Assembly: GCA_002269645.1 (NCBI GenBank)
Contig: NIVC01000475.1
Span: forward strand, 124,001-188,000
DNA: 64,000 bases
Reading direction: 5' to 3'
Source: Macrostomum lignano
Taxonomy: Eukaryota
The notes below the pieces were generated by a model. It worked only from the letters and a program-made list of their open reading frames with translations, was not told the DNA's origin and searched no databases. A program made the position numbers and the translations under genes. Each line of letters opens with the position of its first letter. Position 1 is the first letter of the stretch. This document shows positions 36,901-48,094 of the stretch, piece after piece.

Positions 36901-39900
36901 CAATAGTATGCTTGTTAAAAAGGTACACTTTTGTGGCAGGTCTGTGAAGAGTTTCTAATCTAATTGGCTCACTGCACAGTTATTGTCATTAGCTGGCGTT
37001 GTTCTTGTCTTCATATATTCATTACATATTACTGTTCGCCAACTCTCTCCGTCTACCCCACTGTCTACCTCTCCGTCTACCCCACTGTCCACCTCTCCAT
37101 CTACCCCACTGTCCACCTCTCCGTCTACCCCACTGTCCACCTCTCCATCTACCCCACTGTCCACCTCTCCGTCTACCCCACTGTCCACCTCTACATCTAC
37201 CCCGCTGTCCACCTCTCCGTCTACCCCACTGTCCACCTCTCCGTCTACCCCACTGTCAACCTCTCCGTCTACCCCACTGTCCACCTCTCCGTCTACCCCA
37301 CTGTCAACCTCTCCGTCTACCCCACTGTCCACCTCTCCGTCTACCCCACTGCCCACCTCTCCGTCTACCCCACTGTCCACCTCTCCGTCTACCCCACTGT
37401 CCACCTCTCCGTCTACCCCGCTGTCCACCTCTCCGTCTACCCCACTGTCCACCTCTACATCTACCCCGCTGTCCACCTCTCCGTCTACCCCACTGTCCAC
37501 CTCTCCATCTACCCCACTGTCCACCTCTCCATCTACCCCGCTGTCCACCTCTCCATCTACCCCACTGTCCACCTCTCCATCTACCCCACTGTCCACCTCT
37601 CCATCTACCCCGCTGTCCACCTCTCCATCTACCCCGCTGTCCACCTCTCCGTCTACCCCACTGTCCACCTCTCCATCTACCCCACTGTCCACCTCTCCAT
37701 CTACCCCGCTGTCCACCTCTCCATCTACCCCGCTGTCCACCTCTCCATCTACCCCACTGTCCACCTCTCCGTCTACCCCACTGTCCACCTCTCCATCTAC
37801 CCCGCTGTCCACCTCTCCGTCTACCCCACTGTCCACCTCTACATCTACCCCGCTGTCCACCTCTCCGTCTACCCCACTGTCCACCTCTCCGTCTACCCCA
37901 CTGTCAACCTCTCCGTCTACCCCACTGTCCACCTCTCCGTCTACCCCACTGCCCACCTCTCCGTCTACCCCACTGTCAACCTCTCCGTCTACCCCACTGT
38001 CAACCTCTCCGTCTACCCCACTGTCAACCTCTCCGTCTACCCCACTGTCCACCTCTCCGTCTACCCCACTGTCCACCTCTCCATCTACCCCACTGTCCAC
38101 CTCTCCGTCTACCCCACTGTCCACTTCTTGTCTACCCCACTGTCTCCCTCCACCCCCTGACTCCATCCTCCGTCTGCACCCTCTGCCTCCATCCTCTCTC
38201 AACTCTCTCCCTTCAATCCGAGCCCGGTCACCCAGCGCAGCACCCTATCATGCAGCCTCCCGTCCCCCGCCATCCCGCAGCCCAACTTCGTGCAGGAGCG
38301 GGCCCTGGAGCTGGCCAACCTGACCCTCGCCGACATCGACACGGCCCTCGCTGCCTCAGCCAGCAACGCGACCTCCGCAGGAGCAGCCGAAGCCGCCGCA
38401 GCGATCCTGGCTGTCCAGGAGCAGGCCCAGACAGACTCCGCCGTGCTGCTCATCTGCATCAACGTGGCCAGCGGAGTCTGCAGAATCGTCACCGGCCGTC
38501 TGGCAGATTTTCGCTGCGTCAACCGCGTCCGCCTGCAGCAGGCCGCCTTCTGCATCCTTGGCGTCAGCATCTGCCTGTTCCCGCTGTGCAGCCACCGGGT
38601 GCCCATGATCCTGCTGGCGCTGCTGTTCGGCGCCTGCGACGGCACCTTCGTCTGCATGATCGGCCCCATCGCCTTCGACTTGGTTGGCCCGACCGGCGCC
38701 TCGCAGGCCATCGGCTTCCTGCTGCAGATGATCTCCATACCCACCACCACCGGCCCGCTCATCACTGGTGCGCCTTCGGCTCGTTTAGTGGCCTCTGCCA
38801 GTGTATTGCTTGCACTTTTATCTCTGTGCTCTTATATCGGCTCACTCCTGCCTCCACTATCCATTTCCCCCCTACTCTCTTCCCTCTCTCTCCTCTCTCC
38901 CCTCTCTTCCCACTCTCTTCCCACTCTCCTCTCTCTCCCTTCTCTTCCCCCCTCTCTCTCCCTTCTCTCTCCTACCTCTCTCTGATGTCTCTTCCTGCTC
39001 CCCTCTTTTTCTGCAATGTCCACTTTGCCCCTGACAAGAAATGTTTCTAAATCGGCAACCACACCACTTTCACGTGCTGTTGTTTAGGTTTACTCCTTCT
39101 CTGCTTTTGTTTTTCTTACTTTCTGCTTACTTACTTTTCCTACTTTCCCAGGCTACATCAACGACTGCACCGGTCGCTGGGACCTGCCGTTCTACATATC
39201 GGGGGCGTCTCCCATTATTGGTAGCCTCGTCATGTTCTTCATTCCGCCAACAAAGCAGGTGAGACAGGGGTGGTAATGTGTAAAAGTACATTTGATAATT
39301 TTTCCCAAGAATAACCTTTAATTCTGCTGTTCACTCGAGAATTTCTGAGTAGTTTGCAGCGCGGTTTGATTGACAGCTGCCCAGAATCTCTAGCTGCATC
39401 AGTCCAGTGGCGCTAAATAGATCTCATTGGCGCTAAATCGATCCCATTGGCGCTAAATAGATCTCATTGGCGCTAAATAGATCTCATTGGCGCTAAATCG
39501 ATCCCATTGGCGCTAAATAGATCTCATTGGCGCTAAATAGATCTCATTAGCGCTAAATAGATCTCAGTGGCGCCAAATAGATCTCAGTGGCGCTAAATAG
39601 ATCTTAGTGGCGCTAAATAGATCTCAGTGGCGCTAAATAGATCTCATTAGCGCTAAATAGATTTCATTGGCGCTAAATAGATCTCATTGGCGCTAAATCG
39701 ATCTCAGTGGCGCTAAATCGATCTCAGTGGCGCTAAAAAGATCTCAGTGGCGCCAAATATATCTCATTGGCGCTAAATAGATTTCAGTGGCGCCAAATAG
39801 ATTTCACTGGCGCTAAAAAGATCTCATTTCCGCCCCCTCGCAACAGATTGAGTCACCACAGTCTAACAAAATGTATTTGGTTTGTTTTACTGTGGTGCAG

Positions 39901-41849
39901 TGACCTCTGGTCATCCTGCATGTCTCTTGACTTGGGGATCGATTTTCAAATCATGCTAAATCAATATAGCACTCGCGAAAGTACTTTAAATATAAAAAAT
40001 TGAGTTAATTTTTCGCTGCTATTGTATCAATGAATTCTACTAGTCCAAGAGCCACTCTTCAAGCCGGGATATCCGGTGCAGTTGTCCCTGCCCTCCGGTC
40101 TTATCCAGGGCATTAAAAAAGGACAGCTCGAACCAGTTAGTTAGTGTTTATCGCGCACATCTCCCATGCAGCTGGCCTTGGCTTCCGTCCTTCCCTTTTT
40201 CTTGATAGCGGATTTCTCTACAGTCTTCCAGCTGAATGTACGCTGCAGTCCCCGCCCTCCTGCATCCCCTGACTGACCATCCCCCAGACTCTCCAGCCAC
40301 CAACCCCTATCCAGGCCGGGCCTCCCTCCCTCGCCCCTTCCTGAGCAGCCAAACCGGTCTATATCAAGGGGGGCTTCTTCATCAGGAATTACGGAGCTAA
40401 GAACCGCGTATAACATATAGTAGAAGGTAAGATTTTTAGTTTACTATTCACAGTAATATTATTTCTTTTGCAACAGGCATATCCGGCAGCTACAGTGGCT
40501 GAAGACTTTGACCAGATGACAAAGTCGAATTTGGATATTCAAGGTGAGTAACTGCTGATGACGACAGGTTTCCACGAGGCGTCTTCTTTGTGGACTTATG
40601 CAATTCGTGTCTTAAATTACAGATATTTAGAGATAGGCGGGCAGATAAGCAGATGTAGGGAGAGATGGCGGAGAGGGGGAGCGAGGAAACAGAGGGGAGA
40701 GGTTGAAAAGGGTAAGTGAGGCTGAGGAAGGCTGAGGGAGGGTGAGAGAGGGTGAGAGAGGGTGAGAGGATGAGAGAGGGTGAGAGAGGGTGAGAGAGGG
40801 TGAGAGAGGGTGACAGAGGGTGACAGAGGGTGAGAGAGGGTGAGAGGATGAGAGAGGGTGACAGAGGGTGACAGAGGGTGACAGAGGGTGAGAGAGGATG
40901 AGAGAGGGTTAGAGAGGGTGAGAGAGGGTGAGAGAGGGTGAGAGGGGGTGAGAAAAGATGAAAGAGGGTGAGAGAGGGTGACAGAGGGTGACAGAGGGTG
41001 ACAGAGGGTGAGAGAGGATGAGAGAGGGTTAGAGAGGGTGAGAGAGGGTGAGAGAGGGTGAGAGAGGGTGAGAAAAGATGAGAGAGGGTGAGAGAGGGTG
41101 AGAAAAGATGAAAGAGGGTGAGAGAGGGTGAGAGAGGGTGAGAGAGGATGAGAAAAGATGAGAGAGGGTGAGAGAGGGTGAGAGAGGGTGAGAGATGGTG
41201 AGAGAGGGTGAGAGAAGGTGACAGAGGGTGACAGAGGGTAGGAGAGGATGAGAGAGGGTTAGAGATGGTGAGAGAGGGTGAGAGAGGCCGAGAGGGTGAG
41301 AGAGGGTGAGAGATGGTGAGAGAGGGTGAGAGAGGGTGAAAGAGGGTGAGAGAGGGTGAGAGAGGGTGAGAGAGGGTTAGAGAGGGTGAGAGAGGGTGAG
41401 AAAGGGTGAGAGATCCCCAGAACCGCGAACCCAGCAACGGCCCTGCAGCAGCTGCCTCCCCTCTCTCATTACCCTCAGCCTACGACGAAGCGCTGACCGA
41501 CCCGGACGGCATCTGGCAGAAGGCGCCCAGCGTGATGTCGCTCACTCGGTCCAACGCCAGCCTGGCCGCCTCCGGTGGCAACATTGTCGCCGGCCATCTT
41601 CGTCGCCGGCGCCTGAACACGTCGGAGACGAGTGGCACGGCTGTTGCGATAAGCGAGACGGCGCCGCTCACGTCGCCGGAGGCATTGTCGGCTGACGAGC
41701 TGACCGAGGCGGCTGGAGACGAAGCTGCAGCTGAAGCCGCCCCCGGCTCTTCACCTCCGTCATCGCCGCAGTCGCCCTGCGACCGACGCAGAACGGCAAG
41801 ACCTTTACGGAGATCACGATTCGGGAGTCGACAATTTGAAATCTTGTAA
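33934..41849 (+). CDS. SLC16A10: Monocarboxylate transporter family member, MCT8/MCT10 (SLC16A2/SLC16A10)-like aromatic amino acid / thyroid hormone-type transporter, ~644 aa
   Basis: Exons 33934-34219, 35594-36210, 38281-38767, 39152-39258, 40477-40543, 41479-41849; last two exons less certain. Motifs PADGGLRAWLV (MCT D/EGGW-like), [61 protein letters not shown], typical of SLC16A2/A10. Confidence 0.9.
34250..35590. repeat. CTACC-based low-complexity repeats (9-bp ACCTACCCA at 35140-35590; degenerate at 34250-34620), MCT intron 1
   Basis: Two blocks separated by a unique AT-rich spacer. Confidence 0.88.
36230..36545. repeat. CT-rich simple repeat, MCT intron 2
   Basis: (CT)n/(CCT)n low complexity. 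Confidence 0.85.
37045..38160. repeat. 24-bp minisatellite (GTCTACCCCACTGTCCACCTCTCC), ~46 copies, MCT intron 2
   Basis: Period 24 (gives the STSPSTPL pseudo-ORFs). Confidence 0.96.
38860..39005. repeat. CT-rich simple repeat, MCT intron 3
   Basis: Low-complexity pyrimidine tract. Confidence 0.8.
39408..39828. repeat. 20-bp minisatellite (GGCGCTAAATAGATCTCATT), ~21 copies, MCT intron 4
   Basis: Period 20. Confidence 0.95.
40735..41412. repeat. 10-bp minisatellite (GAGAGAGGGT), MCT intron 5
   Basis: Period 10. Confidence 0.95.
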
Positions 41850-42654
41850 ATGAAAATTAATTTGTTACAAAAACGTCCTTCCGTATCCAACAGTTCGTGT
41901 CCATGAAAATGATGACTGCTTTATCAACATTTATCCTTCTGCTTTATAATTTCCCCTTCATTTTGTGAGGCTCCCCAGCCTGTGACGATTAATTTAAGAG
42001 TAAAACAATTGACAAAACAAGAACTAACAGCTGCTGTTTCCTCGGCCTTGATTCATCACGTGACCCCGCTATGCATACACTGAGCTCGTATCGACTCGCT
42101 TGCGAGTGCAACTTCTGAAGTAAATTTATAGTTTAACACTCAGTTACTCATGTTTTAACTTATTTATATGTATTTATTAGTGTCATTCATCTTTGGCTTA
42201 ATTAATTTTGCTTCTATAGCAAAATGCACGTGCTTCTCAAGCATATGAACAATAAATGTGCATTGTACACAACATTGGATCTAAAAATTAATTTCTACTA
42301 TTTTGAGCCGTTAGGTCCTCTTACTAAAAGTAGTTCTTATCGTACATGTATGTATATAAGCATTCTGGAGGGCACGTTTGATACATGATCGACTAGGGCC
42401 CAATGGGACAGTTCCAAAAAGTAAACCAAGTGCCAAGTAATTGATCAACTATAAAGGAGATATTAGCTCGTGAAACAAAATTTACGAGTATCCTACTGCT
42501 GCTAGGGTTCGAGGTCGAGCTAGGAGACTTTATCAAATGAAAATTAACGATATGCTGCCCAATATCCTTCACGTAGCTGAGAATTAGAAGTTTTGCGAGT
42601 ACGTACATGTAAAGCAGAAAAATGGACCAAATAAAGCGAGCCGTAAAGACGGTC

Positions 42655-43810
42655 TCTGACTATTTTTACCCTGGTTGCCTCTCTGGTAGCTTGTCTAAGG
42701 GTTGTGCGCAATCCGATTGGCCTGGCTTCGGCTAGCCCAATAACTAAGGGTCCGCCCCGGAGGGGCTGTGCCCATCTAAAAATAACCCTATTCTTTTTCG
42801 TACGTTCGTTCCAATAGAATTTCGGCCCTCGGCCTTGGTTTAGGGGGGGGGGTGCCCGGAGTGAGTAGGTACTCTGGACTGCAGTGTGGCTACTAGGACG
42901 GGACTGAGCCCCCCCGGTCGTACCCGCCCTGCAGGAAAGAAAATTACCAATTCACAAAGGTGCACGGTAGACCCAGTAAACTGCCAGCCCTGAGGCTGAG
43001 CCCCGGGTACAGGTTTGAGGAGGTCTGTGTGGGTTCAGGTGCTCCTCCAGTTATGTTTTAGTCCCATTACAGTATTGGTTTTATCTAATCCCGGCCTATG
43101 TAGCCGTCCAATCTCTCGGAGTAATGAGCTCTGCCCACTGCCCGGTCCACCCTGCTCTGTCCTTGGGTCCATCTACTGGCTCCTGCTGACGGTCCCTGCC
43201 AGCGTGTCTCTGGCTCTCATCCTGACAGTGGATTGGTGTCCTGGGAAGGATTTTCGTCCCGTACCGGGGACAACCGGCTGAGTCTGATGTCCTCTTGCCC
43301 CTGGTGCCTCTTCCCGACCCCTTGGCCTGGCCCCCAATATTGAGCTTGGGTTGGCAGCAATAGAGGTGTTCCGAGTCCGCCTAGAGTCTCCCCCTCGGAT
43401 ACAAGCCTTCCAGACTCGCTCCAATAGTTAGCCCTTTCCAAGACTTCTGGGTTTCCCCGCTCTTGGACGGCTTTTTAGCAATCTATCCAATTCTGTTTTT
43501 CGCGCACTCCCGAGGACTTGTCTGCTGGGGGGGGGGGGTAGCCTGGGTGGACTCGGTCCTAGCACCGTCCCTGATTCCACTGTTGGTTTGGTGGTGTCTT
43601 GTACCGTAGGCTTGGGTCAATTTCGCCCACCCGCGCTTTAAGCCGGGTCCAATCTTCATCTCTCTCGGGGTATCTCAGGCTCTAAAAACAGCTAATGCTG
43701 TGCCCCTGGTAGTGCCCCTCGCGGCAGAGCCCTTCCATGTGGCTGATCCGCGGGTCCCCCTTATAGGACCCTTTCGTTTAACAACAAAGCTAGCTAAAGG
43801 GCACCGCAGT
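42655..43810. other. Unclassified GC-rich, repeat-like segment (possible retroelement UTR/LTR or decayed TE)
   Basis: GC-rich island in AT-rich surroundings, G-runs, hairpin GGGTCC-N8-GGACCC at 43752-43771, only broken ORFs; family not recognised. Confidence 0.3.
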
Positions 43811-44276
43811 GGAAATCCATTTAATGGCGCCGGTGACGAATGGAAGTTTAAAAACTATTGAATGGATATAACAGTTAAATTAAAAGACTTGCAGCTGAAA
43901 GTAGATGTAATATTGTAATATATTATAATATTATGATATTACAATATAATATAACATTACAAAATACATTGTAAAATAAATTGACGGAGTAGATCTTCGG
44001 TTTTTATTGTCGTTATTGTTGACTCGTGTGAGTTCGCGGGGCGTCATGGCGTTAGAAATCCATTTATTCCTCACTGGCTTTCTTATAATATACGTAAGTA
44101 ACTATATCTGACTGAAAATATAAGAAAACCCAACGCCTATACTATACTATACTATACCTATACTATGAGTACATGTAGAACGTACGGGAAACCTCGTTAC
44201 GGGAAAGTCTCGTTTCTTAGAAAATTTTAGAAGACAGCTTATTCCGGAAACAATTCAATTGTACATGCGCTGGGCC

Positions 44277-45481
44277 TAATAATAATAATCATCACGCAAT
44301 AATAATAATAGTCACGCAACACGCCGACCACACAAGTGGCCAAAGCGGGGGCGTCAAATTACGCCGGCTGCCTGGCTGGGGGCTCGCGCATCATTTAAAA
44401 GACGGTCGATGTAGCGAGCCGCTCGTCCCTGTCCGCGCCTGCTTGGTTCCTGCGGAGTCCACAGTAGGACGTCCTGCATCGGCTCTGGGCAGTAGGCTTC
44501 GGCCCGGATGACATACCCGGCAAGCCGCAGCCGTCGCTTGCTCAGCAGGACAGAAGGCCGCGTCAGGCGCGCTCGCTGATACATCCCCCCCATGTCGTCT
44601 CGCTGCCGGGGCCGCGGCGCGGGCGCCGTAAGCGGCACGAACCAGAGCCGCATGCGCCGCGTCGAGTCGCCTCTCGAGCGCCTCGGTCAGCGTCCAGGTC
44701 TCAGTATTTTACAGGAGGGCGGTCTCAACAACAGCCTGGAACAGCTGGGACCTGGCACTGTCCGACAGCTAGGGCCTCCGAGAGTAGCACCGCCCGAACA
44801 GATCGAAAGGCGGGCCAGGCCTTGTCGCTCACGTCCGGCACCAACCCGTCGAGGTAGAGGAACTGACGGCACCTCGGGAGCACCGTCCCAGGGCCATCGC
44901 CGTCTCTGAGTCGAATCTCGACGGGTAGATCGTGGGGCACCACGGCAGCACCTCGGTCATTTTGGCGTTGATGACGAGGCCACCCTCGCAGCCGCCACAG
45001 TCAGGCCATCCAGCAGCCGTTTGGCGCCTCGGCCGTAGTGGACAGCAGGGCGAGGTCGTCCGCGTAGCCGAGGAGGGACAGCCTCTCTCCCCCGGGTGTC
45101 GCCGACTGGTGCGCCTTTGCAGTAGAAAAAAGCCGTCCTCTGCGGTCGGCAGGCCGGTCCTGAGCATCCAGTCCATCTGCAAAACAAAGAGGAAGGGCGC
45201 CAATGTCACTCTGCAGCACTCCGCGGAGCTTGCGCTAAACAGGTCCAACGGTACGTCTGGTGTCGCTTCCGCAGCGGTGGTGTCCTGGTACACAAGCGCC
45301 ATGATGACGGAGATCAGCTGCTGCAGTACGTTGTAAGGCACGGAGCACGTGAGGCAACCGCGGGTCACCGAGTCGAAAGCCTTGAGGAAGTCAACAGATG
45401 AAAACTATAGGCTTGATTGCGCGATTCCTCGATGCGGCGGAGGGCCAGGATCTGCGTCACTGTGCCACGACGTGGCCAGGC
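44277..45481 (-). mobile_element. 5'-truncated non-LTR retrotransposon (RTE-like clade), RT pseudogene
   Basis: Minus-strand VTQILALRRI, DFLKAFDS, TLAPFLFVL, LGYADDLALL (YADD at 45055-45066), ETWTLT, RRLRLAGYVIR; frameshifts. (TAA)n/(TTA)n tail at 44277-44310; 7-bp direct repeat CTGGGCC at 44270-44276 and 45482-45488 (TSD). Confidence 0.9.
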
Positions 45482-45724
45482 CTGGGCCAAAAACTTATTA
45501 AAATATTTTTAATAAATTTTATCATTTTAGTACTATAGCTGACTGTGTAAGATTAACAGGTGTGACAGCTCGAGATGAAAAAAAAGGATTTATAAAACCA
45601 GAGTCGAGCTGTGATTGCATTACATTGTTTTTAGGTACAAGAAAGGTACGTAGAATAAAAATTACCATAGAATTCTAATATTTTAAACGAAAAGCTTTAT
45701 AGATATCAATAGAGCTGCTATAAG

Positions 45725-46266
45725 CAGGCGCGTCGCCACTGGGGGGGGGGGCAGGGGGACATGTCCCCCCCAGTAAAAGCTATGGGGGGACTGCCAATGC
45801 TTTGTCCCCCCCACCCCACTTTGTGACCCGTTGTGGTAATCAACAATTTTTCTCCAGAGCGCAAAATATAGCGCATTCGGCGCCAAAAGGAGTGCCTAGC
45901 CTGCTGCGATGCTAAAAGGAATGCTTGTGGCGCTAAAAAATTGCCTGCGGCGCCAACAAAAGGAATGCCTGCGGTGCCGAAAGCTGGAATGTATTCGGCG
46001 CTAAAGTGAGTGCCTGCGGCGCCAAAACGAGTGCCTGCGGCGCTAAAGAGTGCCTGCGGCGCTAAAGAGTGCCTTCGGCGCTAAAAGAGTGCCTGCGGCG
46101 CTAAAGAGTGCCTTCGGCGCTATAAGAGTGCCTGCGGCGCTAAATGAGCGCTGACAACACGATTCCCAAAATAATGGAAAATTTAGGAATTTAGTTATGT
46201 ACATGTACATGTTGAATTCTTGGCTTTGTCCCCTCCCCACACCATAAAATCCATGGCGACGCCCTG
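45725..46266. mobile_element. Non-autonomous hAT-like MITE with internal ~19-20 bp repeats
   Basis: Imperfect TIRs CAGGCGCGTCGCCA / TGGCGACGCCCTG; degenerate 8-bp flanks GCTATAAG / GCTATGAA; internal GCCTGCGGCGCTAAAGAGT repeats at ~45880-46145. Confidence 0.6.
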
Positions 46267-46661
46267 GCTATGAAAGGCACAACATTAGGTTTGCTTCCTG
46301 GCAAAAGAAATAAAAATTTTTGTGCTGAAAAACTGAAAACTCTGTCTCCGTAGAGTATTTTTTTCAGAAAAATGCAAGGTTTCCCGTCCTTCTATTTAAG
46401 TAGTCCTTGAGAAAAACTCGATCTAGCATTTTACATTCCTTTGAGTAATACATTGCCGGTTTTAATATTATTTAATGTCAAAACAAATTTAACTAAATAT
46501 TAGCGTAATTTTAGTTGATTTAAAAATAAATAGTAGCTGTGTGTGAGAAAAATGACTATAAGTTGTTTAAATCTAGCATGCATTAAAAATAAGTTTCTGC
46601 CAAAAGCGAAAAGTGTATTTTTTAATTTCTGTAGAGTACATGTCCAGTGCACACTGTTGTT

Positions 46662-47835
46662 CAGTGTTGGGCACTTCCGTTACCGAGTAACTTGTAAATG
46701 GTAACGCAAGTTACTTTTTCGTAAAGCGTTCCTTACGCAAGTTACTTTCCTATTTTGGTAACGGAGTAACGGTAAGTTACTCAAATTTCGGAAGTCCGTT
46801 ACAGTTACTTTGCAACAATCGCAATATTTAAATTTAAAACTGATATGCTTAGCTATTACGCCAGTTGTCACATTTTTAGCATTTTTCATTCTTAAATTCA
46901 AAACTAAGTGAATAATACCATACGGTATTACGCTGTAATTAATAAAGAAATACTTGAAACATGTTTTTACTTTGTTATTTTCGGTAAAATATTTTTGCTT
47001 TTCGTTTTTAAGTTAATAAAAATATTTTGTTTAGTTCTTAGAAACAAACAACCAAAGAAAGAAATTCATCTGTAGTCTCCACAAATCCACTCAGTGATCG
47101 ACGTAGCCAGGAATTTTAATTGGGGGGGGGGGCGGGTTGGCCTGGCTGGCCATGCCTCATGCACCCGCCACGCCCAACCCCACCCCCCCTGGTGGGGTGT
47201 CTTGCAGGTGGGGTGAAGTTGCCGCCCCAACGATTGTTAAGGCGGCCTCCCTGGCTACACCACTAAAGTCCACTGGCACTGCACTGCACTGCACAATAAT
47301 TTAATATTAATGAATTGAAAAATAATTGAAAAAATTGAAAAAAATTTCAAATAATTGAAAATAAAAAGACTAGTAAAGCAGACTGTAGAGTGGAGTAAAG
47401 CCAGGTACTTATTACGAGCGATGTATTATCAAGGACAACTGAAGTTACGTTAAGTTGTCCTTGTGTATTATAACTTATAATGTTATTAAAAATTAAATTG
47501 CGTTTTGCCTTTAACGTTTCTGACCTTCAGCTTCTCTTCTTTTTACGGAAAGGGCCTAAAGTGATTAAAATTTAATACAGTTACTGAAATTAATTTTGTT
47601 GTATTTTTCCTTCTGGCTTTCGCGATCATTTGTGCTGTTCCAGCACATTTGCAATGTTAAAAAAGCAGAAAATTTTGTTTATAACATAGGTAACGGAAGT
47701 AAGTAACGGAAGTAACTTAAAAGTTACTGGGTTTTTGTTCAAAGTTACTAGGCTAACGTAAGTTACTTTTTAAAAAGTGGTAACTTAAGTTACAGTAACG
47801 CAAGTTACTTTTTTTGAGTAACTTGCCCAACACTG
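46662..47835. mobile_element. Non-autonomous hAT element
   Basis: Perfect 12-bp TIR CAGTGTTGGGCA / TGCCCAACACTG, perfect 8-bp TSD CTGTTGTT (46654-46661, 47836-47843), subterminal GTAAC/GTTAC repeats. Confidence 0.9.
47092..47265. mobile_element. Small hAT-like MITE nested in the 46662-47835 element
   Basis: Ends CAGTG..ACGTAGCCAGG / CCTGGCTACACCACTA, poly-G core, flanks AATCCACT / AAGTCCACT (imperfect TSD). Confidence 0.6.
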
Positions 47836-48024
47836 CTGTTGTTATTATCATCATATTCGAAATCGAAAATTCAACTCGAAGTCATACAAAGTAGAACGGT
47901 GTTTTAATTAATTGCATAAAAATAAATCAGTTTGAGATCTTGCTCTGCATACGTTAAGTATATTAAGGCAACTTGCTTTTATTAGCCGCTTTGTGTCGGA
48001 GTTAGTTCCGACACAAAGTTAACT

Positions 48025-48094
48025 ATGGAGAGTGACTCCATAGGCATAGGCACGGGTGCTAGTGATCAGAGTGTCACAGTGCAATTTAGCATAG
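48025..48094 (+). CDS. Candidate first coding exon of the RNF213-like gene (MESDSIGIGTGASDQSVTVQFSI)
   Basis: ATG 48025, 23 open codons, strong phase-1 donor AG|GTAAGA at 48095. The 50749 exon needs a phase-1 upstream exon and has no in-frame ATG. Could instead be part of a repeat element. Confidence 0.35.

Noticed and set aside
36955-39050. Long ORFs of 398-683 aa (GVDGEVDS, STSPSTPL, LRLPHCPP repeats)
   Set aside because: Stop-free frames of a 24-bp intronic minisatellite, open in several frames and on both strands; only 38281-38767 is real exon.
40050-40420. Minus-strand 91-aa ORF / possible extra MCT exon
   Set aside because: No recognisable protein motif, and exons 39152-39258 and 40477-40543 already join in phase without it.
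26-41412. CRISPR-like appearance of the many 20-36 bp direct repeats
   Set aside because: Units are head-to-tail with no unique spacers, there are no cas genes, and the context is eukaryotic introns.
41396-41695. Alternative terminal MCT frame via acceptor at 41420
   Set aside because: Purine-rich upstream context and early stop. The acceptor at 41478 has a proper pyrimidine tract and opens the longer, GC3-rich frame.
43740-43780. Possible hammerhead ribozyme (CTGAT...stem...TTTCG)
   Set aside because: Lacks the CUGANGA and GAAA core in correct order on either strand; only a 6-bp hairpin.
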